Source: Caulobacterales bacterium
GTDB taxonomy: Bacteria; Pseudomonadota; Alphaproteobacteria; Caulobacterales; Caulobacteraceae
Direction of reading: 5' to 3'
NCBI GenBank assembly: GCA_947474395.1
Contig: CANJID010000001.1
Location: forward strand, 18,083 to 82,082
DNA: 64,000 nucleotides
The notes beneath the pieces were generated by a model that saw only the letters and a program-made list of their open reading frames with translations, made no database searches and had not been told where the DNA came from. Positions within the stretch are counted from its first letter, which is position 1. Every line of letters begins with the position of its first letter. A program made the position numbers and the translations under genes. Below are positions 36,824 to 45,188 of the stretch, piece after piece.

Positions 36824-36941
36824 CTCTTCCCCCTCTGGGGGAAGTACCCGCGAAGCGGGGGAAGGGGGCTAAACGCGGCGCCCTTCAGCCCTCTCAGTCA
36901 GGCCGTTCGGCCTGCCAGCTCCCCCAGAGGGGGAGCAGTTA
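36821..36941. repeat. Family-A MITE/REP-like element, full copy
   Basis: TAACTCTTCCCCCTCTGGGGGAAG...GCTCCCCCAGAGGGGGAGCAGTTA. It fills the whole convergent gap, and its two TAA termini are the stop codons of the flanking genes. Confidence 0.8.
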
Positions 36942-37598
36942 GAGCCCCAACAACGGCCCCAGCGCCGTCCGGTGGCGCTGCAGGGCCTTGAACGCGGCCT
37001 CCACCTCGCGGGCGGTGCGCATCAGGGCGGGGAGCTGGCCGGGGTCCTTCAGGATCGAGCCGGTGATGGCGGCGTAGTTGATCCCCCCGTCCGGCTTCAT
37101 GCAGTTCAGGAAGGCCGGCGGCAGGTCGTGGTGGGTGGTGTCCGACACCACCCGCACGGCGGCGAAGGGCAGGCCGTGCTCGGCGGCGACGCGGGCGGCC
37201 ACGTGGCTTTCCATGTCCACCGCCAGGGCCCCGGTTCCTTCGCGGAGGCGCCGCTTCTCCGCTCCCTCCATGACGATCACCTCCGAGCCGTAGAAGTCCG
37301 CGTGCCGGGCCCCCGCCAGGGCCGCCAGGATCGCCGCCGTCCAGGCCTCGTCGGCGGCATGCCGCGCGCCCTCGCTGATCACCTCGCGGGCCACCAGGCA
37401 GTCCGCCACCTGCAACGAGGGGTCCAGGGCGCCGGCGATGCCGATGCTGATCACCCCCCGGGGGCGCCGCTCGGCGATCGCCGCGGCGATGCGCTCCGCC
37501 AGGGCGCCTGAGAGCCCTCCGCCCGCGATGGTGCGTATTTCGGGGTGGCCGACGATGCGCTCCTCGCGCGTCAGGCCCATCACCGCCAGCACGGCCAT
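36939..37598 (-). CDS. hpnG: Hopanoid-associated nucleoside phosphorylase-family enzyme (adenosylhopane nucleosidase)
   Basis: 219 aa. PNP/UDP fold (GIAGALDP..., AVDMESHVAARVA). Matches the HpnG pattern and context. Confidence 0.8.
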   Translation of the reverse strand: MAVLAVMGLTREERIVGHPEIRTIAGGGLSGALAERIAAAIAERRPRGVISIGIAGALDPSLQVADCLVAREVISEGARHAADEAWTAAILAALAGARHADFYGSEVIVMEGAEKRRLREGTGALAVDMESHVAARVAAEHGLPFAAVRVVSDTTHHDLPPAFLNCMKPDGGINYAAITGSILKDPGQLPALMRTAREVEAAFKALQRHRTALGPLLGL

Positions 37599-37727
37599 GC
37601 CGCATCCCTCCCGTCAGAAGCCTGGGGTTCTAGCGTCCGCGGCCGGGGTGCGCACCTGCCGGCGGAGCCAAAAGCGCGCGGGGACGTTCCGCTCTCGCAC
37701 TATCCCCCTGAAAACCGGAGTTCCGCC

Positions 37728-38210
37728 ATGCGTAGGCTTCTCGCCACGACCCTAGCCGCCCTGATGGCGGCCTCCAGCGTGGCGGCCTCGGCCGGCGCGG
37801 TCCAGGCCGCCCCGACCACAATCCATGCTCAGCCGGGCGCCTTCGCGCCGGTGCAGTACCGGGGCGACAACCGGGACAACAACCGCGGCGGCAATTATCG
37901 GGGCGCCGACCGGGGCCCGAACCGCGACGCCTTCCGCGACCGCGGCTACTGGGACCGCCGCAACGGCCGCGGCTACTACGACCGCACCTATCGCAACACC
38001 CGCCGGGACGACACCTCGGCCATCGCGGCCGGCTTCCTCGGCTTCGTCCTCGGCGCCGCCATCGCCGGCTCGCCCAACGACCGGACCTACGCCAGGGGGC
38101 GCCTGAGCGACTCCAGCTGGGTGACCAATTGCTCGCGCCGCTATCGCTCCTTCGACCGGAGCAGCGGCACCTACCTCGGCAACGACGGCTATCGCCACTA
38201 CTGCCGCTAA
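37728..38210 (+). CDS. BA14K-family secreted protein
   Basis: 160 aa from an internal ATG, signal peptide. C-terminal CSRRYRSFDRSSGTYLGNDGYRHYC motif. Confidence 0.7.
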   Translation: MRRLLATTLAALMAASSVAASAGAVQAAPTTIHAQPGAFAPVQYRGDNRDNNRGGNYRGADRGPNRDAFRDRGYWDRRNGRGYYDRTYRNTRRDDTSAIAAGFLGFVLGAAIAGSPNDRTYARGRLSDSSWVTNCSRRYRSFDRSSGTYLGNDGYRHYCR

Positions 38211-38232
38211 GCGCTTAGCCCGGAGCTAAAAA

Positions 38233-38260
38233 AGGCCCCGCCGGTCGCCCGGCGGGGCCT
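38233..38260. terminator. Bidirectional rho-independent terminator
   Basis: AGGCCCCGCCGG-TCGC-CCGGCGGGGCCT, flanked by AAAAA upstream and TT downstream. Lies between convergent genes. Confidence 0.7.
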
Positions 38261-38306
38261 TTCCTATCTGCGGCGGGGGACAGGGATCCTCCGCGCCGGC
38301 AGGTCT

Positions 38307-38621
38307 CTACTTCGAGGCGGCCTTGGCCTTGTCGCCGGCGGCCTTGGCGGCGTCGCCGGCCTTCTCGGCGGCGGCCCCGGCGGCGGCGGCGGTGTCGCCC
38401 GCGTTGGCGGCGGCGGCGGTGGCCGTCTCGTTGGCCGCGGTGGTGGCGGCCACGGTGTTGGCGGCCTCGGCGGCCGTGTTGGCGGCGGTGGACGCTTCAG
38501 CAGCGGCGGAGGCCGCGTTCGAAGCGGCGTTGGCGGCGTCGGCGGCCTTGTCGGCGGGCTTGGTGCAGGCGGCGAGGCTGAGGGCGGCGATGGCCGCGGC
38601 GGTGATCACGATAGCGCGCAT
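38307..38621 (-). CDS. Alanine-rich low-complexity lipoprotein
   Basis: 104 aa, lipobox LSLAAC, remainder A/T/N/K-rich. GGAG SD upstream. Confidence 0.5.
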   Translation of the reverse strand: MRAIVITAAAIAALSLAACTKPADKAADAANAASNAASAAAEASTAANTAAEAANTVAATTAANETATAAAANAGDTAAAAGAAAEKAGDAAKAAGDKAKAASK

Positions 38622-38909
38622 GGTGGAGGTCTCCTTCTTGACCGTTTCGCGTCCTCGGCGTGAGGGCGCAAGTACAGCGCGCGCATAGTCTTGCAGCCGG
38701 GGCCGCGGTCAACTGCGTACGGCTAAGCTGTCGGGGCGTCTCTCTCGGGGAAAGCCGTCCTCCTTACAAATTTGTAAGTTCAGCAGCCCGAAACGCCCGG
38801 CGAATCCTTTGTTTCGAGGGCCGCAACGGCCGCGCCGCGACTCGGCAATTCGCCCGCCGATCGGCGCCGGCTGGGCGCCCGGCGGCCGGGCCATTATGGT
38901 CCGCGCCCC

Positions 38910-39233
38910 ATGAGCACCGACCCCCGACCCTTTTGGCGTAACCTCTTCTCCAGGCCCGATCCGGCGGCCGACGAGGCCCGCCTCCGCGAAGAGCAGCGCG
39001 CCATCGAACTGGAGCGCCAGGCCATAGAGGACGCCGTGGCCCGCGCCGGCCCCGTGCCCCCAGCCGCGCCGAAGGTCCCGCCGAGGCCCGCGATCCAGCT
39101 CCCGCCGCCGGCCCCCCGGCCGGACCCGGAGCGGCCGTTGCTTAAGCTGAAGCGGCATCCCTCCTGGTTGGTGGCGGCCCTGACCCTGCTCTTCGTTCTG
39201 CTGGTGATCTGGGCGAGCAACGGCGCGCCGTGA
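38910..39233 (+). CDS. Hypothetical proline-rich protein with C-terminal TM anchor
   Basis: 107 aa, GC3-rich frame, C-terminal WLVAALTLLFVLLVIW helix. No family recognised. Confidence 0.45.
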   Translation: MSTDPRPFWRNLFSRPDPAADEARLREEQRAIELERQAIEDAVARAGPVPPAAPKVPPRPAIQLPPPAPRPDPERPLLKLKRHPSWLVAALTLLFVLLVIWASNGAP

Positions 39234-39386
39234 CCCCCCTTCTCTCCGGCGGGGAGAGGTCGAGCAGGCGCCCAGCCTGCCGGGTGAGGGGCCCAAGGAT
39301 GAAGGGGCGCCACGCCAGTCCGCCTCACCTTCCCACGCCGCTTCGCAGCGCGGGCCCCCCCTCTCCCCACTGGGGAGAGGGGAGCC
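39234..39386. repeat. Family-B ~153-bp structured repeat, copy 1
   Basis: Terminal hairpins CTCTCC-GGCGG-GGAGAG and CTCTCCCC-ACT-GGGGAGAG. About 80% identical (by eye) to the reverse complement of 45189-45341. Confidence 0.85.
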
Positions 39387-39408
39387 AGGGGTTCCCCTGC
39401 GAATTAAC

Positions 39409-39444
39409 GCGCCATTTACAAGTCTTCCCTGCGGCGCCTAACCT
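39409..39444 (+). promoter_or_regulatory. Conserved promoter-like motif upstream of 4-TM paralogue 1
   Basis: GCGCCATTTACA-N14-CGCCTAACCT (TTTACA-N17-CTAACC). The same motif with identical spacing occurs at 42663-42698. Confidence 0.35.
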
Positions 39445-39502
39445 CTCGACCATCGAGGGGCCCGCGTTCAATGACGGGTCCTGAAGACATTGGGAGGGCG
39501 CT

Positions 39503-39946
39503 ATGAAGTACCCTGTATGGTTCATCCGCTTCCTGTTCGGAAGTTGGATGGTCGTCAACGGCATGAACCACTTTGCTCCCCTGTTTCCGCAGCCGATGGG
39601 CTCCAAGCCCCTCAGCCACGAGCTGATCGTGGCCCTGCTGGACAGTCATCTGTTCGACCTCGTCAAGGCGGTCGAGCTCGTCGCCGGCCTCAGCGTCCTG
39701 TCCGGGTTCTACGCCCCGCTGGCGGTGATCCTGTGCCTGCCGGTGTCGTTCTGCGTCTTCTACTGGGACGGACCCCTGGAAGGCATGACCTCGCGGGCGG
39801 CCCAGATGGGCGACAGCGTGATCATCTGCAACCTCATCCTCTGCGCGGCCTACGTGAAGAGCTACAAGTCGATGTTCGCCTTCAAGTCGACGCCGCGGAA
39901 CCTCGGCGCCTCCGGCGGCGCGCACGCTCAACCGGCGGGAGCCTGA
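39503..39946 (+). CDS. Small 4-TM membrane protein (DoxX-like architecture), paralogue 1
   Basis: 147 aa. Shares long identical blocks with 42749-43189 (PLFPQPMGS, ALLDSHLFDLVK, CLPVSFCVFYWDGPLEGMTS). Confidence 0.65.
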   Translation: MKYPVWFIRFLFGSWMVVNGMNHFAPLFPQPMGSKPLSHELIVALLDSHLFDLVKAVELVAGLSVLSGFYAPLAVILCLPVSFCVFYWDGPLEGMTSRAAQMGDSVIICNLILCAAYVKSYKSMFAFKSTPRNLGASGGAHAQPAGA

Positions 39947-39949
39947 GCC

Positions 39950-40372
39950 ATGAAGAACCTTGTCATGATCGGGCGCCTCGTCTTCGGCGCCTGGATGCTC
40001 GTCAACGGCGTCAACCACTTCGGGACCCTCTCCGGGTCCTTCAGCCTGTTCGCCGAACCCGTCGGCACCCAGCCCCTCGCCGTGCAGCTGATGGCCGCCT
40101 TCAACCACTCCAGCCTGATCAACGTGGCTTACGCCATCCAGCTGATTGGCGGCGCCCTCGTCCTCGCCGGCGTGTTCACGCCCTTCGCTCTTTGCGCCCT
40201 CATGCCGGTCTCCACCTGCGCGGCCTATTGGGCGGTGGTGCTGGAGCATGAGCCGGTCGGGGCGCTTCTGGCCCTGGTGGCGTTCGCGCTCAACGGCCTG
40301 CTGATGCTGGCCTATGTCGACTACTACAAAGGCGTCCTGGCTCGGTATGCACCGACCCTTGGCGAAGCTTGA
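39950..40372 (+). CDS. Small 4-TM membrane protein, divergent paralogue 2
   Basis: 140 aa. Starts 4 nt after paralogue 1. Conserves the FGxWMxVNGxNHF, QPL and PxSxCxxYW positions. Confidence 0.6.
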   Translation: MKNLVMIGRLVFGAWMLVNGVNHFGTLSGSFSLFAEPVGTQPLAVQLMAAFNHSSLINVAYAIQLIGGALVLAGVFTPFALCALMPVSTCAAYWAVVLEHEPVGALLALVAFALNGLLMLAYVDYYKGVLARYAPTLGEA

Positions 40373-40386
40373 GGGAGGACGGACAC

Positions 40387-40773
40387 ATGAACTTCGACAC
40401 CCTTTTCGCCAACCCGAAGGGCCGCACCGGCCAGAAGCTGTTCGTTCCGGCCCTGCTCGTCCTGCTGCTCGCCATGGCGGTCTACGGCTTCTACACCCGC
40501 GGCCGCACGGGCCAGTGGTGCCTGCTGGTGCTCTTGGCGCCGGCCCTGGTGCTGCACGCCCGTCGCCTGCACGACATGGGCAAGAGCGCCATCCTGCTCC
40601 TCGTCCCCGTCGTGCTCGTGGCCGGCGGCATCTACCTGCGGATCGCGAGCCGAGGCTCCCAGATCGAGGTCGCCGTCACCCTGGCGGCCCTCGCTTCCTG
40701 CGCCCTCTTCGCCCTCTGGGGCCTGATCGGCAAGGGCCAGGCGGAAGCCAACAAGTACGGCGAACCAGCCTGA
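40387..40773 (+). CDS. DUF805 inner-membrane protein
   Basis: 128 aa from the ATG preceded by GGAGG. RRLHDMGKSA and C-terminal NKYGEP motifs of DUF805. Confidence 0.7.
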   Translation: MNFDTLFANPKGRTGQKLFVPALLVLLLAMAVYGFYTRGRTGQWCLLVLLAPALVLHARRLHDMGKSAILLLVPVVLVAGGIYLRIASRGSQIEVAVTLAALASCALFALWGLIGKGQAEANKYGEPA

Positions 40774-40806
40774 CAAACGGGGCTGAAAAGCGCCGCTGAA
40801 AACAGC

Positions 40807-40841
40807 GAGGGGCCGGGTGCGAACCCGGCCCCTCTTCTTTT
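40807..40841 (+). terminator. Rho-independent terminator
   Basis: GAGGGGCCGGG-TGCGAA-CCCGGCCCCTC followed by TTCTTTT. Confidence 0.8.
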
Positions 40842-40852
40842 GTCGGGGCGGA

Positions 40853-41275
40853 TTAACCCCTGGGCGTCAGCAGCGAGCGCGGCACGTAGCCGATGCCGAC
40901 GCCGTCCTTGCCGACCAGCAGCCAGTCGTAGCCCTTCACCTTGGCCAGCACCGTCACCGGGGCCCCGACCGTGTCGAGCCGTCCGGTCTGGGCGCTGGTG
41001 TGGTCGAGGTCGCTGAAGATCGGCGTGGGGTTGGCCACCATCAGCCGCTCGGTCGGCGCCTCATAGCCAGCCTGCGGCTTGACCCCAGGAGCGAGCCGCG
41101 GCGCCGCCGCCAAAGGGGTCCCTGGGGCCGCCGTCGCCCCCGTCGTAGCCGTCGCCGCGGCGGCGTCTCCGGGGGAGAACAGGCCGACGGCCAGGGCCGC
41201 CGCCAGCACCGCGATCAGAGCCAGCGGCCACAGGTCGGCGATAGCTTCCAGCTTGCGGATCTTCTGCAGAGTCAT
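40853..41275 (-). CDS. Membrane-anchored bacterial SH3-domain protein
   Basis: 140 aa from the ATG with a GGAGGG SD (the track ORF starts at an upstream TTG). N-terminal TM helix, Ala/Pro linker, C-terminal VTVLAKVKGYDWLLVGKDGVGIGYVP. Confidence 0.6.
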   Translation of the reverse strand: MTLQKIRKLEAIADLWPLALIAVLAAALAVGLFSPGDAAAATATTGATAAPGTPLAAAPRLAPGVKPQAGYEAPTERLMVANPTPIFSDLDHTSAQTGRLDTVGAPVTVLAKVKGYDWLLVGKDGVGIGYVPRSLLTPRG

Positions 41276-41303
41276 GGCGATATCCCTCCACAACCGGCAT
41301 GGC

Positions 41304-41783
41304 TCAGGCCGCCTTGCGCCCGGTCGGGCGCTCGAGGCGCTCGATCCGGTTCGCCTCGGCGCCGGCGATCTCGATCCGCCGCGGCTTCAACGCCTCGGGG
41401 ACCTCCCGCGCCAGGTCGATGGACAGCAACCCGTCCGCATAGTGCGCGCCCTTGACCGCCACATAGTCGGCCAGCTCGAAGCGCCGCACGAAGCCCCGCC
41501 CGGCGATGCCGCGATGCAGGAAGGCGCGGCCGTCCTGGTCGCCGCCCTCCTTGCGGCCGGCGATCACCAGCAGGTTCGGCTGCGCCGTGATCTCCAGCTC
41601 ATGGGGCGCGAAACCGGCCGCGGCCAGGCTGATGCGATAGCTGTCCTCGCCGGTCTTCTCGATGTCGTAGGGAGGCCAGTTCCCCGCCTCGTCGGACCGC
41701 ATCGCGGTCTCCACGAGGTCGGCAAGGCGGTCGACGCCGATCATCGACCGGTACAGGGGAGAGAAGTCGAATGCCGTTCTCAT
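41304..41783 (-). CDS. Small heat-shock protein, Hsp20/IbpA family
   Basis: 159 aa from the second ATG (MRTAFDFSPLYRSMIGVDRL...), 6 nt after GAGGAG. Alpha-crystallin core PPYDIEKTGEDSYRISLAAAGF...ADGLLSIDL. Confidence 0.9.
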   Translation of the reverse strand: MRTAFDFSPLYRSMIGVDRLADLVETAMRSDEAGNWPPYDIEKTGEDSYRISLAAAGFAPHELEITAQPNLLVIAGRKEGGDQDGRAFLHRGIAGRGFVRRFELADYVAVKGAHYADGLLSIDLAREVPEALKPRRIEIAGAEANRIERLERPTGRKAA

Positions 41784-41875
41784 TTCCATCTCCTCGAACG
41801 AGCAAGTTGGACCTGAGGGCGCGCCTGGAACGCGCGCGCCCCTGACACACCGGGCCCCGAAAAGCGCCCGGCGGC
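41784..41875 (-). promoter_or_regulatory. ROSE-like RNA thermometer 5' leader of hsp20
   Basis: Minus-strand leader folds into three hairpins. First, CCGGGC...GCCCGG. Second, GGGCGCGC...GCGCGCCC. Third, CUU(G)CUC-GUUC-GAGGAG, which pairs the SD with a UUGCU anti-SD and leaves a bulged G. Confidence 0.55.
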
Positions 41876-41880
41876 TAGCG

Positions 41881-41930
41881 AGATAGAAAGGCCGAAAACG
41901 GCTTCAAGAGCCTGGCCGCAATTTTTTTTG
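41881..41930 (-). promoter_or_regulatory. Sigma32-like heat-shock promoter with upstream A-tract
   Basis: Minus strand CTTG-N17-TCTATCT (alphaproteobacterial RpoH type CTTG-N17/18-CYTATNT), preceded by AAAAAAAATT at about -47 to -57. Confidence 0.35.
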
Positions 41931-42051
41931 CGGCGGCCGTTTCGGTGTAGAGGGGGTCCGTTCCCGACTAAACCTCCGCTAGACGGGACCTAAGCTTCAC
42001 CCTAGGGTTGAAGGACTGCAAAATGCAGTTTTCCTTGGGGGGAAACAGAAA

Positions 42052-42465
42052 ATGCGTAGCCTTTTTCGGGTGACGGCGCTTGTCGTCGCCGCAGGGTCGC
42101 TTGGCGCTTGTGCAACCGTAACCAGGGGCACCAATACAGCGTGGGAGGTCAACACCTCGCCGCCAGGCGCCAAGGTCAAGACCACGAACGGCTTCTTCTG
42201 CGATTCGACTCCTTGCGCGCTCAAGATGCCGCGCAAGTCGGAGTTCACCGCGGAGATCACCAAGGATGGCTACAAGCCGGCTAGCGTCCACGTGACCAAT
42301 AAGGTTGGCAGCGGCGGCGGCGCTGGCATGGCCGGAAATGTTCTCGTCGGGGGCATCATCGGCGCGGCGGTGGACGTCGGCTCCGGGGCGATGCTCGACC
42401 TCACCCCGAACCCTGTGAACGTGACGCTGGAAAAGGACGGCGGTGGTCCCGTCGCGTCCCGCTAG
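42052..42465 (+). CDS. Lipoprotein (PEGA-like beta domain plus Gly-rich C-terminal segment)
   Basis: 137 aa, lipobox GSLGAC. VNTSPPGAKVKTTNGFFCDSTPCALKM resembles PEGA domains. Gly-rich hydrophobic tail. Confidence 0.6.
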   Translation: MRSLFRVTALVVAAGSLGACATVTRGTNTAWEVNTSPPGAKVKTTNGFFCDSTPCALKMPRKSEFTAEITKDGYKPASVHVTNKVGSGGGAGMAGNVLVGGIIGAAVDVGSGAMLDLTPNPVNVTLEKDGGGPVASR

Positions 42466-42662
42466 ACGTCGGCCCGCCCGGCTCTAAGGGGTCCTTCGGA
42501 GGCAGGCCGCGCCTGGCTTGCCTCCATTCCCCACCAGCCCGGGCCGCGCCGCTTGGTCGGCCGATACCTGGTAGTTTGAGTAACAGCCCGCGTTGCGGCG
42601 TTGCGTCACCAATCCTTGCTGCGGCCTTGCGAGTCGTCGCGAATATTTTTGGCCCGCCCCGG

Positions 42663-42698
42663 GCGCCATTTACAGGCCGAAGACTTCTCGCCTAACCT
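42663..42698 (+). promoter_or_regulatory. Conserved promoter-like motif upstream of 4-TM paralogue 3
   Basis: GCGCCATTTACA-N14-CGCCTAACCT, with spacing identical to 39409-39444. Confidence 0.35.
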
Positions 42699-42748
42699 GA
42701 GCGTTGATAAATGCGCGCAGGCGCCATCGTAATACGAAGGAAGCGGCC

Positions 42749-43189
42749 GTGAAGTATCCCATCTGGTTCTTCCGCCTGCTGTTCGGCAGCTGGATGACGA
42801 TCGCCGGCATCAACCACTTCTACCCGCTGTTCCCCCAGCCCATGGGGAGCCAGCCGCTGAGCAACGAGCTGATCCACGCCTTGCTGGACAGCCACCTGTT
42901 CGACCTCGTCAAGTTCGTGGAGTTCATCGCCGGGGTCATGGTCCTGACCGGCTTCTACGCGCCCCTGGCGGTGGTCATCTGCCTGCCGGTCTCGTTCTGC
43001 GTCTTCTACTGGGACGGCCCCCTGGAAGGCATGACCTCCATCGCCGCCATCTACGGCGACGCCGCCCTGATCTCGAACCTGGTCCTGTGCGTGGCCTACT
43101 GGAAGAGCTACCGCGCGATGTTCACGCTGAGGGCGAAGCCGCGGGGGCTGGGGTCCGCTGACGCCGCCGGAGAGCCCGCCAAGGCCTGA
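42749..43189 (+). CDS. Small 4-TM membrane protein, paralogue 3
   Basis: 146 aa from the GTG preceded by GAAGGAAG. Close paralogue of 39503-39946. Confidence 0.65.
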   Translation: MKYPIWFFRLLFGSWMTIAGINHFYPLFPQPMGSQPLSNELIHALLDSHLFDLVKFVEFIAGVMVLTGFYAPLAVVICLPVSFCVFYWDGPLEGMTSIAAIYGDAALISNLVLCVAYWKSYRAMFTLRAKPRGLGSADAAGEPAKA

Positions 43190-43196
43190 GCCGGCC

Positions 43197-45140
43197 CTAC
43201 AACCCCCAAACCACCGCTCTCGTATTCCCCCGCTTGAGGTTGCGATACCGCGCCAGGGCCCAGAGCGGGAAGAACTTCGGGTAGCCGTGGTAGCGGAGGT
43301 AGAAGACGCGGGGGAAGCCGCCGCCGGTGTAGTGGTCCTGGCTCCAGAGGCCGTCCGCTTCCTGGCGCGCGCGCAGCCACTCGATCCCCCGCGCGGTCGC
43401 CTCATGGTCCACCTCGCCCGCCGCCATCAGGCCGAGCACCGCCCAGGCGGTCTGTGAGGCGTTGGAGGGGGCCGGCTCGTAGCCACGATAGTCCAGCTTG
43501 TAGCTGTCGCAGTCCTCGCCCCAGCCGCCGTCCGCGTTCTGGATGGCGATCAGCCAGGCGGCGCCGCGCTTCATGGGTGGCGCTTCGGGAGGAACGCCGG
43601 CGCCGTTGAGGGCGGCCAGGGCCGACCAGGTGCCATAGACGTAGTTCACCCCCCAGCGGCCGAACCAGCTTCCGTCCTTCTCCTGGTCGGCCTCGATATA
43701 GGCCACGCCCTCGGCGGTGACGCTGTCCTCCATCCCCCGCCCGAGCTGGGCCAGCATGCCGACGCAGCGCGCCGAGACGTCCACCGTCGGCGGGTCGAGC
43801 AGGGCCCCATGGTCGGCGAAGGGGATGTTGTTGAGGTAGTGGTAGGTGTTGTCGGCGTCGAAGGCGCCCCAGCCGCCGCCCTTGGACTGCAGCCCGTCCA
43901 CCCATTCGGCGCCGCGGGATATGGCCTCGTCGAAGCGGGCGGCGTCGCCCTTCAGCAGGGGTTTGGCGCGATCCATGGCCATCACCACCACGGCGGTGTC
44001 GTCCACGTCCGGATAGTGGGGGTTGGCGTACTGGAAGCCCCAGCCGCCGGGGCGCACGTCCGGGCGCCGCTCGGCCCAGTCGCCTTTCACGTCGAGGATC
44101 TGCAAGGGTGCGAGCCAATCCAGCCCACGCTCGACGGCCCTGGTCGCCGGTTCTCCCCCGGCCTCCAAAAGCGCGTGGGCGGCGAGGCCCGTATCCCACA
44201 CCGGCGAGACGCAGGGCTGGCAGTAGGCCTCGTCCTCATGGACGACCAGCAGCTTCTCCACCGCCTTGCGGGCGATGGCGCGGTGGGGGTGGTCCGGGGC
44301 GTAACCCAGGGCGTCGAACATCATCACGGTGTTGGCCATGGCGGGGTAGATGGCGCCCAGGCCGTCCTCCCCGTTCAGCCGTTCCACCACGAAGTCGCGG
44401 CAGGCGGCGATGGCCTTCTTGCGCGTCGCCTTGGGGAAGTGCGGCTCCACCACCCGCAGGATCGCGTCGATGATCCCGAAGATGACGATCCATTCGCGCT
44501 TGCGGTGGGTGGGCTTCTTCGGCGGCGGCGGGGCGCCCGCGGCCCGGAACAGCTCGGGCACGCCCACGCCGCGGGCGTTCTTCGCCCGGGGCCGCATCGA
44601 AGTCAGGACCAGCAGCGGCACGATCACCGTCCGCGCCCAGTAGCTCATCTTCGACAGGTGCACCGGGAACCAGCGCGGCATCAGGATCAGCTCGACCGGC
44701 ATGCGGGGGATCGACTCCCAGGCGATCTGTCCGAACAGGGCGAGCTGGAAGCGGGTGAAGACATTGACCTCAGAGGCCCCGCCACGGGCCAGCACGGCTT
44801 CCCGGGCGCGCACCATGTGCGGACTGTTCGGATCGTCGCCGATCATCTTCAGGCAGAAATAGGCCTTCACCGTCGCCGAGATGTTGAAGGCGCCTCCGTG
44901 GAAAAGCGGCCAGCCGCCGTGCTCGCCCTGGATGCGGCGCAGGTACACGCCGATCTTGCGTTCAAGCTCGAGGTCCTCGGGCTCGCCCAGATAGTGGCGC
45001 AGCAGGACGTACTCGGCCGGGATGGTGGCGTCGGCCTCCAGCTCGAACACCCAATGCCCGTCGGCGCGCTGCAGCTTGAGCAGCCCCGCCGTCGCGCGGT
45101 CCACCGCCTCGTCCAGACTGTTCAGGTCGGCGTCGTACAT
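43197..45140 (-). CDS. shc: Squalene-hopene cyclase
   Basis: 647 aa from the internal ATG (MYDADLNSLDEAV...). Catalytic DVDDTAVVVMA (DxDD) and multiple QW repeats. The 50-aa N-terminal extension in the track ORF is a translated family-B repeat. Confidence 0.95.
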   Translation of the reverse strand: MYDADLNSLDEAVDRATAGLLKLQRADGHWVFELEADATIPAEYVLLRHYLGEPEDLELERKIGVYLRRIQGEHGGWPLFHGGAFNISATVKAYFCLKMIGDDPNSPHMVRAREAVLARGGASEVNVFTRFQLALFGQIAWESIPRMPVELILMPRWFPVHLSKMSYWARTVIVPLLVLTSMRPRAKNARGVGVPELFRAAGAPPPPKKPTHRKREWIVIFGIIDAILRVVEPHFPKATRKKAIAACRDFVVERLNGEDGLGAIYPAMANTVMMFDALGYAPDHPHRAIARKAVEKLLVVHEDEAYCQPCVSPVWDTGLAAHALLEAGGEPATRAVERGLDWLAPLQILDVKGDWAERRPDVRPGGWGFQYANPHYPDVDDTAVVVMAMDRAKPLLKGDAARFDEAISRGAEWVDGLQSKGGGWGAFDADNTYHYLNNIPFADHGALLDPPTVDVSARCVGMLAQLGRGMEDSVTAEGVAYIEADQEKDGSWFGRWGVNYVYGTWSALAALNGAGVPPEAPPMKRGAAWLIAIQNADGGWGEDCDSYKLDYRGYEPAPSNASQTAWAVLGLMAAGEVDHEATARGIEWLRARQEADGLWSQDHYTGGGFPRVFYLRYHGYPKFFPLWALARYRNLKRGNTRAVVWGL

Positions 45141-45188
45141 CCCGTTTGGGCTACACGATTTGAGCGCGGGGACCAATGCGGCGGGGTG

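Noticed and set aside
38307-38700. GCGGCGGC-rich periodic sequence, considered as a tandem repeat or CRISPR-like array
   Set aside because: There is no repeat-spacer architecture. The periodicity is codon-level (Ala-rich lipoprotein with a lipobox), so it is low-complexity coding sequence.
41911-41937. GCCGCAA-TTTTTT-TTGCGGC hairpin, considered as a terminator
   Set aside because: No gene on either strand is transcribed into it, and the T run sits in the loop rather than after the stem. It is more simply an A/T-rich UP-like tract upstream of the hsp20 promoter.
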